A stretch of DNA of 64,000 nt from an uncultured Verrucomicrobiae bacterium (GCA_963813025.1 CAWEXO010000013.1:64001-128000), one strand, 5' to 3'. Shown: positions 51,152 to 61,508, counted from the stretch's first letter. Notes: generated by a model not told the origin, from the sequence alone. Program-made: numbers and translations.

Positions 51152-53499
51152 AAATCTCTTTGCGCTGGTTGCGGGAATTTTTCCCGCATGAACTCGGCCC
51201 GGAACCCATCGCGAATGCCTTGATCAATACCGGCGTCGAAGTCGCGGGAACCAGCCGGGCGGGTGTCAATGTCGAAAAAATCATCGTTGCCCAGATTGCT
51301 TCCGTCGAGCCACATCCGAATGCCGACCGGTTGAGCGTCTGTCTCGTAAACGATGGAAGCGACCAGCTCCGCCAGATTGTATGCGGGGCCACGAACTTCC
51401 AAGTATCGGATAAAGTCCCCTTAGCCTTGCCCGGAGCAGTTCTACCGAATGCGTTGCGCATCAGAAATAGCAAGATCCGCGGAGTGCAGTCAGAGGGCAT
51501 GCTTTGCAGTGCGCGCGAACTCGATCTCGCGGAAGACGCCGCCGGGCTTTTGATCCTTTCACCGGATGCGGTGATCGGTGAACCGCTCGCCTCTCTTTAC
51601 CCCGAAGACACGATTCTAGACCTGGAGATTACTCCGGATCGCCCCGATTTGTTGAGCTATCACGGAATCGCGCGTGAACTCTCGGCGATCTTTTCTCTGC
51701 CGGCCGAAATCAAGCTCCCGCATGTCCCGGAACCAAGCGACTGGGTGCGAGACCCGGCGCTCGTCAGGATCGAGGACCGGCAGGCGTGCCCATTCATTGC
51801 TTTTCGTGAGATTCGCGAAATCCGGGTAGGAGCAAGCCCGGAATGGCTGCGAAGACGCCTTGAGGCCTCCGGCGTCCGCGCCATCAACAATATCGTTGAC
51901 GCGACAAATTACGTGATGCTGGAAACGGGCAAACCACTTCACGCCTATGATCTGGAAGCGGTCGACGGCGGCATTCAGGTTCGATTTGCCCGGTCGGGCG
52001 AAAGCCTTGTTGCCCTGGACGGAAAGACCTACGAGCTGACTCCTGAGCAACTCGTCATAGCTGACGCCCAAAAGCTTCTTGGCCTTGGCGGTGTGATGGG
52101 CGGCGACGCTACTGGGGTGTCCGAACGGACTCGGAGCATTCTCCTCGAAAGCGCGTTGTTCTCCCCTCCGTTGATACGCCGGATGTCGCGGGGCTTAAGT
52201 CTGCTCTCTGAGGCGAGCTACCGATTTGAGCGCGGTGTCGATCCACGTTCCGCTGTACCCGCCTCGCAACGATGCGCTGAATTAATCCTTCAACTGGCCG
52301 CGGGACAGATCGACGAGGCTCTGCGGGTGGACGGTGCCGAAGCCGGACCCCGGCAATCCATCCGTCTGCGCCCAATCCGTTGTGTGCAGGTTTTGGGCAC
52401 GGCCGACGCGGATCCCGATAAAATCCTCCCGAGAATTGGTCTGCAAAAGCTCGGACCGGAGACATGGCTGGTGCCAAGTTACCGTCTCGATCTCCGAGAA
52501 GAAATTGACCTGATCGAGGAAGTTTGCCGGATCTACGGCATCGAGAAGGTGGCGGGACGCACTGTCGGCGCCGCGACGCCAAGCTCTCCTACGGACCGCG
52601 AGCATGACCGACGAATGGAGTTACGCCGAAAGCTGGTCGGGTTTGGCCTCTTCGAGGCGAAGACATTGGCTTTTATCGATGAGCCTGCACTCGCCCAGGC
52701 CTTCCGCCCGGCGATTGAGCCTTTCCGGTTGAGAAATCCTCTCGCCGAAGATCAGAACATTCTCCGGCCCTCGCTGATTCCGGGCCTGATTCGGGCGGCC
52801 GAGCGCAACTTCCAACGCAGTTCAAACAGCGTTCGCCTATTCGAGCTGGGCAAAGTATTTCAGAAGTCCAAGGTTGAAGAACGCATGCTGCTTGGAATGA
52901 TTGTCTCCGGCCAGGCAAAGCCGAGGACCTGGGACGGGCCGCCGGTTGTTTACGACTTTTTCGGGCTCAAAGGATTGATCACGGCGATAACCAACGCGGA
53001 AACAAATCTTGAGAGGTCCGATCCAACCGATTTTCTGGCGCTGATCTGCCGGGTATCCCTGGCAAATGGTACCTCGATCGGGTACGCCGGCCAGGTCCGG
53101 CCGGCGCTGGCAAAGGATCTGGGGGCGCGCGACGGCATTTTTGTCGCGGAGCTTGACTTCGAGGCGCTTCCGAGAAAGGCGGCTTTCTCTTTCCGGCCGC
53201 TTGATCGTTATCCGGCTGTCACGCGAGACGTGGCTTTCTTGATCGATGAGAAGGTCCCGTTTGCCTCTGTCCGAGAACTTCTTCAGTCGGCTCAGGAGCC
53301 GTTGCTCGTTGCTATCGACCTATTCGATTTTTTTGTTGACCCCGAAGGCCGGAAAGTTCCTCCCGGCCAAAAATCTCTGGCCTTGAGTTTGACTTATCGC
53401 TCGCCGGACCGAACGTTGACCCAGGACGAAGTCAATGCCGGCCATCAGCGTCTGAAAAGCTTGCTGGTGGCTCATCTTAAGGCGAGACTCCGCGAATAG
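51148..53499 (+). CDS. pheT: Phenylalanine-tRNA ligase beta subunit
   Basis: HPNADRL, IVCGA, SEGMLCS, TPDRPD, RFERG, DLIEEV. Confidence 0.96.
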   Translation: MKISLRWLREFFPHELGPEPIANALINTGVEVAGTSRAGVNVEKIIVAQIASVEPHPNADRLSVCLVNDGSDQLRQIVCGATNFQVSDKVPLALPGAVLPNALRIRNSKIRGVQSEGMLCSARELDLAEDAAGLLILSPDAVIGEPLASLYPEDTILDLEITPDRPDLLSYHGIARELSAIFSLPAEIKLPHVPEPSDWVRDPALVRIEDRQACPFIAFREIREIRVGASPEWLRRRLEASGVRAINNIVDATNYVMLETGKPLHAYDLEAVDGGIQVRFARSGESLVALDGKTYELTPEQLVIADAQKLLGLGGVMGGDATGVSERTRSILLESALFSPPLIRRMSRGLSLLSEASYRFERGVDPRSAVPASQRCAELILQLAAGQIDEALRVDGAEAGPRQSIRLRPIRCVQVLGTADADPDKILPRIGLQKLGPETWLVPSYRLDLREEIDLIEEVCRIYGIEKVAGRTVGAATPSSPTDREHDRRMELRRKLVGFGLFEAKTLAFIDEPALAQAFRPAIEPFRLRNPLAEDQNILRPSLIPGLIRAAERNFQRSSNSVRLFELGKVFQKSKVEERMLLGMIVSGQAKPRTWDGPPVVYDFFGLKGLITAITNAETNLERSDPTDFLALICRVSLANGTSIGYAGQVRPALAKDLGARDGIFVAELDFEALPRKAAFSFRPLDRYPAVTRDVAFLIDEKVPFASVRELLQSAQEPLLVAIDLFDFFVDPEGRKVPPGQKSLALSLTYRSPDRTLTQDEVNAGHQRLKSLLVAHLKARLRE

Positions 53500-53520
53500 T
53501 TCTTTCCAGCTTTTTTGAGT

Positions 53521-53700
53521 TTGCCCTGCGGTGTTCGGGATTTTAGGCCAATGCCCCAGACCCGATATAACGATCCCAGGAGGCTAGGTCGAGCGTGACT
53601 ATATGACAGGCCTTGATTGGAAGTCAGCATTACGCCGACGGTTATCCACCCTTGTGCTCAAGGGAATGGGAGCTTCGCCTGAACGGCATTGTCGGGGCAA
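53521..53700 (+). ncRNA. ssrS: Probable 6S RNA
   Basis: 180-nt intergenic segment whose ends pair (TTGCCCTGCGGTG / CATTGTCGGGGCAA); size and position after pheT fit 6S RNA; not tested against Rfam. Confidence 0.7.
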
Positions 53701-53869
53701 TCTCTTCTCTGGATGATTTCTGGTTGATATTTAGCAGAGCCAAGTATTGCTCCCGCTGCTCTCTGTTTGCTAATCTTTCGATTGTCGCGCTTTGCACGAC
53801 CGCGAAGTGAGACGGTTGTCGCCGGTTTTAAACAGTATCACCCATCAGTCTCTTTTCGGACAAACAGTT

Positions 53870-54118
53870 ATGCTACACATTCTCTGGTCAATCATCGTTG
53901 GCTTCATCGTTGGATGGATCGCGAAGTCGATAATGCACATCCATCTGGGTTTTGTTCTGACGGCCTTGCTTGGCATCATCGGGTCCATCATTGGAGGCCT
54001 TATCGCCCGGCTTTGGTCGAAACCGGCCGAGGGCTCGGCATTCCATCCCGGCGGAATTATTATGTCGGTTATCGGAGCGCTGATCCTTCTGTTTATCGTC
54101 CGCCTGGTAACCGGTTAG
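53870..54118 (+). CDS. GlsB/YeaQ/YmgE family membrane protein
   Basis: IIVGFIVGWIAK, LGIIGSIIGG, SVIGALILL. Confidence 0.88.
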   Translation: MLHILWSIIVGFIVGWIAKSIMHIHLGFVLTALLGIIGSIIGGLIARLWSKPAEGSAFHPGGIIMSVIGALILLFIVRLVTG

Positions 54119-54453
54119 CCCGGTGGCCAGGCCAGCGCTCGTCCCCCGAGCAGATGCACATGGAGGTGCGGCACTGTTTCTCCGCCATTCCGTCCATTAT
54201 TGATCACCAGGCGATAACCGCTTTGCTCAATGCCAAGCGTTCCGGCAAGACTTTTTGCGGTCAAAAGGAGCTTTCCCAATAACCGTTCATCGTTATTTGA
54301 GGCGGCCGCCAAGCGCGAAACCGGGCGCTTCGGCACAATCAGGACATGGACCGGTGCCTGCGGATTGACATCGTGGAATGCGAGCACTTCATCGTCTTCG
54401 AAGGCAATCTTTGCCGGTATCTCGCGTGCAATGATTTTCTCGAAGAGTGTCAT
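54115..54453 (-). CDS. Histidine triad nucleotide-binding protein
   Basis: PQAPVHVLIVP, VPHLHVHLLGG. Confidence 0.93.
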   Translation of the reverse strand: MTLFEKIIAREIPAKIAFEDDEVLAFHDVNPQAPVHVLIVPKRPVSRLAAASNNDERLLGKLLLTAKSLAGTLGIEQSGYRLVINNGRNGGETVPHLHVHLLGGRALAWPPG

Positions 54454-54610
54454 CGGATTGTCAGTAAGACAGGCTCGGGGCCGTTGAGTCGGAGAAATTC
54501 CACTCGGACAAACCCGATGATTTCGTTGCGGCAGCCGCACATCCGTGGCAGGCGGATCGGCTTGGTCCGGTCCTGGTAGCGCAGTACTGGCAGATGTTCC
54601 TTAAGTGCGA

Positions 54611-55102
54611 TCACGGAACGAAGAGGTCAGGTTGTTGTGCGCTCCTTTTGGTCTTTCTTTCCAGCGATTCAATCTCGTGGATGAATTCGCCGATATCCTG
54701 AAACTGCCGATAAACCGATGCGTAGCGAATGTAAGCGACATCGTCAAGCGAGTGAAGCCGTTCCATCACACGGATGCCGATCGCGCTGCTCGGGACTTCG
54801 CTGTCATGTGTCTGCTCGATTTCCTGGATGATTTCTTCGGCGGCACGCTCTATCGCGTCATAACTCACCGGACGCTTCTCGCAAGCCTTGACAATCCCGT
54901 TTAAGAGCTTTTGCCGGTCGAACGGCTCATGGCGTCCATCCCGCTTGATCACCCGGATATCCCGGCGTTCGATCTCTTCGTAAGTGGTGAAGCGGTATTG
55001 GCATGCAAGACACTCGCGCCGGCGTCGAATCGCTGAACCACCCTTGGCAGAGCGCGAGTCTATCACCTTGTCCTCTAGATTTCCGCATTTAGGACACCGC
55101 AT
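54611..55102 (-). CDS. nrdR: Transcriptional repressor NrdR
   Basis: MRCPKC, DSR, IRRRREC, ATP-cone, AYIRYASVY. Confidence 0.95.
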   Translation of the reverse strand: MRCPKCGNLEDKVIDSRSAKGGSAIRRRRECLACQYRFTTYEEIERRDIRVIKRDGRHEPFDRQKLLNGIVKACEKRPVSYDAIERAAEEIIQEIEQTHDSEVPSSAIGIRVMERLHSLDDVAYIRYASVYRQFQDIGEFIHEIESLERKTKRSAQQPDLFVP

Positions 55103-55228
55103 CCGAGTGGTCGACGAACAACCACAAGATATTGTGTTTGGGTTTTTGCAAAATACAAGAACAAGTTTTGGGGTATGCATAGGACATGTCGGACCTGCAG
55201 GACCTCTTCGACCTCTGGGAAGGAAGCG

Positions 55229-56707
55229 CTAGCCCGCTTGCTCACGTGCGCGGTTCTCGAAACGGGTAAACTCTTTGATAAACGTCAGCCCGACATCTCC
55301 AGTCGGACCGTTGCGCTGCTTCGCGATGATGAGTTCCGCTTCGCCCGCTTTATCCTGCTTGGCTTCTTCGTCCAGTTCGTAGTACTCGGGGCGGACAAGA
55401 AGACCGACTACATCGGCATCCTGCTCAATTGATCCAGACTCCCGGAGATCACTGAGACGCGGACGCCCACCTTCCTTGGCGCGCGTGTCGGGTTGACGAT
55501 TCAGCTGGGCGATGACAATGATTGGTATACTCAGCTCTTTGGCCAGAGCTTTCACTCCGCCCGAGATCTCGGAAATCTCAAGTTGGCGATTGTCTTGCGC
55601 GCGCCGGCTCGTCGAACGGAGCAGCTGGAGGTAATCGACGACAAGCAGCTGGATATCATATTGCGATTTCAGGCGTCGCGCTTTCGCGCGCAACTCGATC
55701 ACACTCAGACCGGGCGTATCGTCGATATATAGCTTGGCGGCGGCAAGTTTAGCTGCCGCATTCGTGAGGTTTGGAAAGTCGCGCTCGGCCAGAAACCCAT
55801 TGCGCACGCGTTGCAAGTTGACTCTCGCTCGGGAACAGAGCAAGCGCTGAACCAATTGCTGGCTGCTCATCTCCAGGCTGAAGACCGCTACCGCCTTTCC
55901 GATATCCAGCGAGACGTGCTCCGCGATATTCATCGCCAGCGCGGTCTTTCCCATGCTCGGGCGAGCCGCAATGACAATCATTTCGGCCGGATGCATGCCG
56001 CTCGTCATCCGGTCGAGCTCGATAAAGCCGGTGGGCAAACCGGTAACCGAGCCGCGGTTTTCATACAGTTTCTCGATCTGCTCGATCGCTTCCATTACGA
56101 GATCCTTGGTAGGAGTAATCTCGGTTTTGACGTGTTCGCCCGTGATCGCGAAGATCTCGCGCTCGGCGCTATCGAGCAGTGGCTCCAGCTCTTCTTGATT
56201 CTCGTAGCACTGGCTGGAAAGGGAATTGCAGGTGAGAATCAGGCGGCGCAAAATATACTTTTCGCGGACAATCTCGATGTAATAGCTGGCGTTGGCGGCT
56301 GTCGGGATGAAGCTGTAGAGCTCATTGAGGTATTCGACTCCACCGATATCCTCCAGCTGTCCTCGGTCTTTGAGACTTTGTCGGAGCGTGACAAAGTCGA
56401 TTGGTTTGCTCTTGTCCCCAAACTCCAGCACCAGGTCGTAAACGATCCGATGGGCCGGAAGGTAGAAAGCATCGGAGGGCAGACGCAGGATGCACACGTC
56501 GGCTACGTCGCGCGGCGCGAGAAGCAGGGAGCAGAGGACGCCCTTTTCGCCATCCTCGCTGAACGGAAGAGATCGAGGTACTTCTTTGCCGGTGAAAACC
56601 GTGTGAGTACTTTGTGAGTAACTCGTTTTCGCTTCCGCAGTGGCCGTCCCTTGCAGCGTGAAGGGTTTCTCAGAAGGTTGCACAAAACCTTGAGAACCTT
56701 TGGCCAT
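55229..56707 (-). CDS. dnaB: Replicative DNA helicase
   Basis: AARPSMGKT, FSLEM, DYLQL, DLRESGSIEQDAD, KQRNGPTG; no intein seen. Confidence 0.97.
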   Translation of the reverse strand: MAKGSQGFVQPSEKPFTLQGTATAEAKTSYSQSTHTVFTGKEVPRSLPFSEDGEKGVLCSLLLAPRDVADVCILRLPSDAFYLPAHRIVYDLVLEFGDKSKPIDFVTLRQSLKDRGQLEDIGGVEYLNELYSFIPTAANASYYIEIVREKYILRRLILTCNSLSSQCYENQEELEPLLDSAEREIFAITGEHVKTEITPTKDLVMEAIEQIEKLYENRGSVTGLPTGFIELDRMTSGMHPAEMIVIAARPSMGKTALAMNIAEHVSLDIGKAVAVFSLEMSSQQLVQRLLCSRARVNLQRVRNGFLAERDFPNLTNAAAKLAAAKLYIDDTPGLSVIELRAKARRLKSQYDIQLLVVDYLQLLRSTSRRAQDNRQLEISEISGGVKALAKELSIPIIVIAQLNRQPDTRAKEGGRPRLSDLRESGSIEQDADVVGLLVRPEYYELDEEAKQDKAGEAELIIAKQRNGPTGDVGLTFIKEFTRFENRAREQAG

Positions 56708-56713
56708 TCCTGA

Positions 56714-57247
56714 TCACGTCGAACTTTTGGTCTTCTTTCTCGTTTTTGTTTTGACGGCGCTCTCCTGCGTCGGTTCTTCGGCCGGTCTCAACGTGTGCGC
56801 CTGAACATTGATCTTCAGCGTCGCACTAACGTCGTGATGCAACCGAATCGGAATTTCCTGTTCACCGGTTTCTTTGATCGCTCGGTCCAACTGGATGCGG
56901 TGTCGATCCACCGTGATGCCGGTTTCAGCAAGCAGCGCTTCTTCGAGGTCTTTGGCGGTGACGGAACCGAAAGCTTTCCCGGTCTCACCCGTCTCGAGAC
57001 GAAATTGCAAAGTGGTCTTGTTGATCTTGCGGGCGATTTCCTGCGCTTCATTCAACTCGCGCGCCTCCCGTTCGGCCCGCTGCGCCTTGAGTGTCGTCAG
57101 GTTCCTCAGATTCCCCGCAGTGACTTCGTAGGCTTTAGCCCGCGGGATCAGAAAGTTACGAGCGAAACCTTTGCGCACCTTCACGATGTCCGCTTCCGCT
57201 CCTAAGCCGGGAATACTTTCTCTGAGAATAATTTCGGTAAAAGCCAT
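56714..57247 (-). CDS. rplI: 50S ribosomal protein L9
   Basis: GFARNFLIP, GKAFGSVT. Confidence 0.95.
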   Translation of the reverse strand: MAFTEIILRESIPGLGAEADIVKVRKGFARNFLIPRAKAYEVTAGNLRNLTTLKAQRAEREARELNEAQEIARKINKTTLQFRLETGETGKAFGSVTAKDLEEALLAETGITVDRHRIQLDRAIKETGEQEIPIRLHHDVSATLKINVQAHTLRPAEEPTQESAVKTKTRKKTKSST

Positions 57248-57280
57248 GTCAGTGCGCTTCGAGTTGGGAGGGGACAGATA

Positions 57281-57634
57281 CTATCGCCGGTTTTGAGTGT
57301 CAAGCGAACCGCTATCCAATCCGTCGCTCAACTCTTTGAGCGCGGTTTCGCGGTCAGGATAAATCTGAAAAACCTGATCGAGCTTCGCGATCTCGAACAC
57401 CATGCGAACGTTCTCCCGCAGACTGGTGAGGCCGATTCTTCCGCCATATTGGCGCGCCCGTTGCAGCGCGTCGATGAAGATAGCAATCCCCGAGCTATCC
57501 ACGTAGGTCACCTCGGAGAGGTCGATGACTATAGGGTTGCTTCGGTTATCGAGCAGCGGGTCAAGCTGGGCCATGACTTTTGGCTTCTCGTTCAGATCAA
57601 TTTCACCGCTGAGATGCAACACATGAGCAGCCAT
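57281..57634 (-). CDS. STAS domain anti-sigma factor antagonist
   Basis: GEID, DLSEVTYVDSSG. Confidence 0.9.
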   Translation of the reverse strand: MAAHVLHLSGEIDLNEKPKVMAQLDPLLDNRSNPIVIDLSEVTYVDSSGIAIFIDALQRARQYGGRIGLTSLRENVRMVFEIAKLDQVFQIYPDRETALKELSDGLDSGSLDTQNRR

Positions 57635-57676
57635 GAAAACGCCCCGAACTTAGCAGCCCCTTTTACGCCAGCAACG

Positions 57677-58261
57677 TCATTCCCCCGAACCAACTTCGGG
57701 AGCAAGCGCTTCTTCTCCTTCTTCCGGTGCGAATTTGCGTCTGCGCTTGTTGGCTGGAAGCGGTGAGAGGGTCATGCTGATACTTTTGCCCATCAATTTC
57801 GGTTCCATCTCGACCTGACCCATAGAGGTAAGGTCGTTTTTCAAGCGCTGCATCAGACCGTACCCCAGCTCCTTGTGCGTCATCTCGCGGCCGCGAAACT
57901 GGAGTTGCGCCTTTACCTTATTGCCTTTGTCCAGAAACTCCTCAGCATGCCGAACTTTAATCAAATAGTCGTGCGGGTCGATGTTAACCCGAAATTTGAT
58001 TTCCTTCAGTTTCGAAGAGACCGATTTCCGGTCTTTGTCCTGCTTGGAAAGGTCGTAACGATACTTTCCAAAATCGACAATCTTACATACCGGCGGGTTG
58101 GCGGTTGGCGCGACTTCGACGAGGTCAAGCCCAAGCGACTGGGCCCGGCGCAAGGCGTCCTGTATCTTCATGATGCCCAACTGCTCGTTGGTTGCACCCA
58201 GAATCACGCGAACTTCGCGTGAACGAATTCGACCGTTGACTCGAATCTGCTGTTGCTGAAT
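57677..58261 (-). CDS. infC: Translation initiation factor IF-3, ATT start codon
   Basis: GAGGAG 8 nt before an in-frame ATT at 58261; RVNGRIR..EVRVI, LDLVEV, PPVCKI, FRGRE. Confidence 0.93.
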   Translation of the reverse strand: MQQQQIRVNGRIRSREVRVILGATNEQLGIMKIQDALRRAQSLGLDLVEVAPTANPPVCKIVDFGKYRYDLSKQDKDRKSVSSKLKEIKFRVNIDPHDYLIKVRHAEEFLDKGNKVKAQLQFRGREMTHKELGYGLMQRLKNDLTSMGQVEMEPKLMGKSISMTLSPLPANKRRRKFAPEEGEEALAPEVGSGE

Positions 58262-58309
58262 AGATTTTTCTCCTCAATCAAGAGTGCTCTCGAGAGCCAA
58301 AGACCGCAC

Positions 58310-60187
58310 TCAGTCAAGTTGCCGTTCCACAATTTCGTTTTGGACTCTCTCTACAAATTGCGACACACGAATGGCTCCCTCTTCACCGTTTTTCCGGCTG
58401 CGTACCGCGACTTCACCTGCCGCTTCTTCTCGTGCCCCGAGGACCAACATATAGGGGACCTTCGCAAGCTGAGCAAGGCGAATCTTGGCACCGATTTTGT
58501 CGGCACTTTCGTCGAGCCTTACGCGTACTTTGGAGGCATTTAACAGTTCCTCGACCTGTCGAGCAAACGAAAGATGCTTGCTGGAGATCGGCAAAATCCG
58601 GACCTGCTCGGGAGCTAACCAGAGCGGGAATGCCCCGGCAAAGTGCTCGATCAACACGCCGCAAAACCGTTCCAGAGACCCTAAGGGCGCCCGATGGATC
58701 ATAATCGGGCGCTCAGCCACGTTTTCGGAGGAGGTGTACTTGAGGTCGAATCGTTCCGGCAAATTGTAGTCAACCTGCACCGTGCCGAGCTGCCACTGTC
58801 GTCCAATCGCGTCCTTCACCATGAAATCCATTTTCGGACCGTAGAAAGCGGCCTCGCCGATTTCCTCGACGAACGGCAGCTGCACGCTTCTTCCGGCCCG
58901 GCGGAGCGCCTCTTCGGCCCGGTCCCACATCTCCCCCGCGCCGACGTACTTGGTCGCGTCCGGATCACGTAACCCGAGCCGGGCTTTGAAATCGGTCAGA
59001 CCGAGAGTACGCAAAACCTTCAAACCCAGATCAAAACACTGATAAATCTCGTTTTCCAGCTGTTCTCCGGTGCAGAAGATGTGACCATCATCCTGGGTGA
59101 ATCCGCGGACCCTGGTCATACCGCCCAATTCACCGGACTGTTCCCAGCGATAGACGGTCCCGAACTCCGACAAACGGATCGGCAGATCCCGATAGGAATA
59201 CGGTTCCGAAGCGTAGATCTTGATGTGCATCGGACAGTTCATGGGCTTGAGCAGGTATCCGCTCAGTTCACCTGCCTGCAGACGATTGGCCAGTTCGGCA
59301 CAGGAGCAGCCTTCCCCGGCGAGGGTCGCGAGTTCTTCCGGTTCAATTAGAGGCGGGAACTGCGATTCTCGATAATAGGGATAGTGGCCCGACGTTCGAA
59401 AAAGATCGAGATGTCCGATATGCGGCGTAAAAACCTCGCGGTAGCCCTGCTTCGCGAGTTCCTCCGAGATGAATGTCTGCAGCTCTTTGCGGATGATCGC
59501 TCCATTTGGCTTCCACAACACCAGACCCTGGCCCACTTGCTCGTCGATCTGGAAAAGCCCAAGATCACGTCCGAGCCGGCGATGATCACGCCGCTTTGCT
59601 TCCTCCAGTCTGTGAAAATAGCGCTCGAGCTCGGCCTCTGTTCCAAAGGACGTGCCGTACACCCGCTGCAGCTGCGGATTACGAGCGTCACCCTTGAAGT
59701 AGGCGCTGGCGACATTGGTGAGGCGGAACGCGCCGATGTTCCCGGTTCTCGGAACGTGTGGTCCGGCGCAGAGATCTTGGAAATCGCCGTTCCGGTAAAG
59801 GGAGATCTCCTCGTTTTCTGGTATGCTCTTAAGAATCTCGAGTTTGTATTTGCTCGGTTGAGAGCGATAGCCGAGCGATCCAAGCCGTCCTTCTTCGGCC
59901 AAACGCACTGCCTCGGCACGGGAAACAACGAGCCGCTCAAAGGGTTCGTCAGCACGCACCACCTTGTTCATCTCCGTCTCGATTTGGGAGAAGTCCTCGG
60001 GCGAAATCCGGTGAGCCAATTCCAGATCGTAGTAAAACCCATTTTCCACTGGTGGTCCGGCCGCAAATTGAGCGTCAGGCCAGATCCGAAGAATCGCGGT
60101 CGCCAGGACGTGAGCGCTGGAGTGCCTCAGCGTCTCCAGCTCTGACATGGCTCGACGCTCTTCGAGAGATTTCCGGTTGTCCGCCAT
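58310..60187 (-). CDS. thrS: Threonine-tRNA ligase
   Basis: RHSSAH, DLCAGPH, RDHR, KPMNCP, AAFYGPK, IHRA. Confidence 0.97.
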   Translation of the reverse strand: MADNRKSLEERRAMSELETLRHSSAHVLATAILRIWPDAQFAAGPPVENGFYYDLELAHRISPEDFSQIETEMNKVVRADEPFERLVVSRAEAVRLAEEGRLGSLGYRSQPSKYKLEILKSIPENEEISLYRNGDFQDLCAGPHVPRTGNIGAFRLTNVASAYFKGDARNPQLQRVYGTSFGTEAELERYFHRLEEAKRRDHRRLGRDLGLFQIDEQVGQGLVLWKPNGAIIRKELQTFISEELAKQGYREVFTPHIGHLDLFRTSGHYPYYRESQFPPLIEPEELATLAGEGCSCAELANRLQAGELSGYLLKPMNCPMHIKIYASEPYSYRDLPIRLSEFGTVYRWEQSGELGGMTRVRGFTQDDGHIFCTGEQLENEIYQCFDLGLKVLRTLGLTDFKARLGLRDPDATKYVGAGEMWDRAEEALRRAGRSVQLPFVEEIGEAAFYGPKMDFMVKDAIGRQWQLGTVQVDYNLPERFDLKYTSSENVAERPIMIHRAPLGSLERFCGVLIEHFAGAFPLWLAPEQVRILPISSKHLSFARQVEELLNASKVRVRLDESADKIGAKIRLAQLAKVPYMLVLGAREEAAGEVAVRSRKNGEEGAIRVSQFVERVQNEIVERQLD

Positions 60188-60278
60188 GCGGCGGACGTTA
60201 CACGACGGAGTCGGGTGCGACAACTTTCCATCCGAGCCGGTCGAGCTATAGTGCGTTGAGATTTTCGGTCCAGGAAAA

Positions 60279-61325
60279 ATGCCAATGAACGAAACAGATG
60301 TCGCGATTTTTGGTGCCAGCGGTTATTCAGGCGAAGAGCTGCTTCGGCTGCTGGTGCGGCATCCGGGCGCCCGAATCCGCTACCTGACATCGCGACATCA
60401 CGCCGGCAAAACAGTGGCGGCAGTCTTTCCCTGGGTGGATGAGCGCACGCCGGTGGGACAGCTTCGGTTTGTCGAGCCGGATATCGCAAAAATAGCCGGC
60501 GATGGTGTCCGGATCGCGTTCCTGGCCTTGCCACATGGGGCAGCGGCGGAGCATGCGGCAAAGTTGCTGGCTGCCGGCTTCAGGACGATCGATTTAAGCG
60601 CTGATTTTCGCCTGAAATCGTTGTCTGTTTACCAGGAATTTTACGGAAACGAGCACCCGGCGCCGGAGCTTTTGGGAAAGGCCGTCTATGGACTTCCGGA
60701 GCTCTATCGGGAAGCGATTAAGGGCGCCGATCTGGTGGCATGCCCTGGTTGCTATCCCACGAGCATTCTTTTGCCTTTGGTGCCTCTGGTTCGACAACGC
60801 CTCATTCGCCCCGAAACAGCGATCGTTTTCAGCCTGAGCGGGGTGAGTGGCGCTGGGCGCAAAGCGGAAATTGCCCTACTCTTTGTTGAGTGCAACGAGA
60901 GTGTCCGGGCCTACGGTTTGCCCCGGCATCGCCATCTCTCAGAAATCGAGCAGGAGCTGTCCTTCGCGGCCGGGCGTCCCGTCCAGATCCAGTTCGCGCC
61001 TCACTTGGTGCCGATCAGCCGAGGCATCCTGACAACGATTCATGTGGAACCGGAAGGAAAGATCACTGAAGAGCAGCTGACGGCAGCTTTCCGCGATGCC
61101 TATGGTGAAGAACGTTTTGTCCGGCTGCTCGGGCCTGGAAAATTCCCAGATGTCAAACACGTCGCGTTCAATAACCGGCTCGATATCGGTTGGCAAGTGG
61201 ACCCGCGAACGGGCAAGGTTATTGTCCTATCCGCCGAGGACAATTTGGTGAAAGGCGCGGCGGGACAGGCGGTGCAATGTCTCAACATCATGCAGGGTTG
61301 GGATGAGGACGAGGGGCTGGGGTGA
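60279..61325 (+). CDS. argC: N-acetyl-gamma-glutamyl-phosphate reductase
   Basis: GASGYSG, PGCYPT, SGVSGAG, DNLVKGAAG. Confidence 0.96.
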   Translation: MPMNETDVAIFGASGYSGEELLRLLVRHPGARIRYLTSRHHAGKTVAAVFPWVDERTPVGQLRFVEPDIAKIAGDGVRIAFLALPHGAAAEHAAKLLAAGFRTIDLSADFRLKSLSVYQEFYGNEHPAPELLGKAVYGLPELYREAIKGADLVACPGCYPTSILLPLVPLVRQRLIRPETAIVFSLSGVSGAGRKAEIALLFVECNESVRAYGLPRHRHLSEIEQELSFAAGRPVQIQFAPHLVPISRGILTTIHVEPEGKITEEQLTAAFRDAYGEERFVRLLGPGKFPDVKHVAFNNRLDIGWQVDPRTGKVIVLSAEDNLVKGAAGQAVQCLNIMQGWDEDEGLG

Positions 61326-61464
61326 GGAGTTGGGTGGTGTTCAGGAGTTCAGGAACCCAGGAGGGTCGCGTCGCAAAGTCTTACACCCAGCGAGGCGAGC
61401 TGAGATCGCGCGAGGTGACTCCTTAGCTCCTGAACCCCTGCGACTCCTCCAACTCCTGAACTCC
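61326..61464. repeat. Periodic (CAGGAGTT-like) imperfect inverted repeats
   Basis: TTCAGGAGTTCAGGA near 61340-61354 versus AACTCCTGAACTCC near 61451-61464. Confidence 0.65.
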
Positions 61465-61508
61465 ACAAAATTGGCTCGGCATCCTGCCGGTTGGTGCGCT
61501 ATCAAAGG

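Noticed and set aside
53613..54282. ORFs 53613-53810 and 53767-54282
   Set aside because: They overlap the probable 6S RNA and the YmgE-family and HIT genes, with no protein signal.
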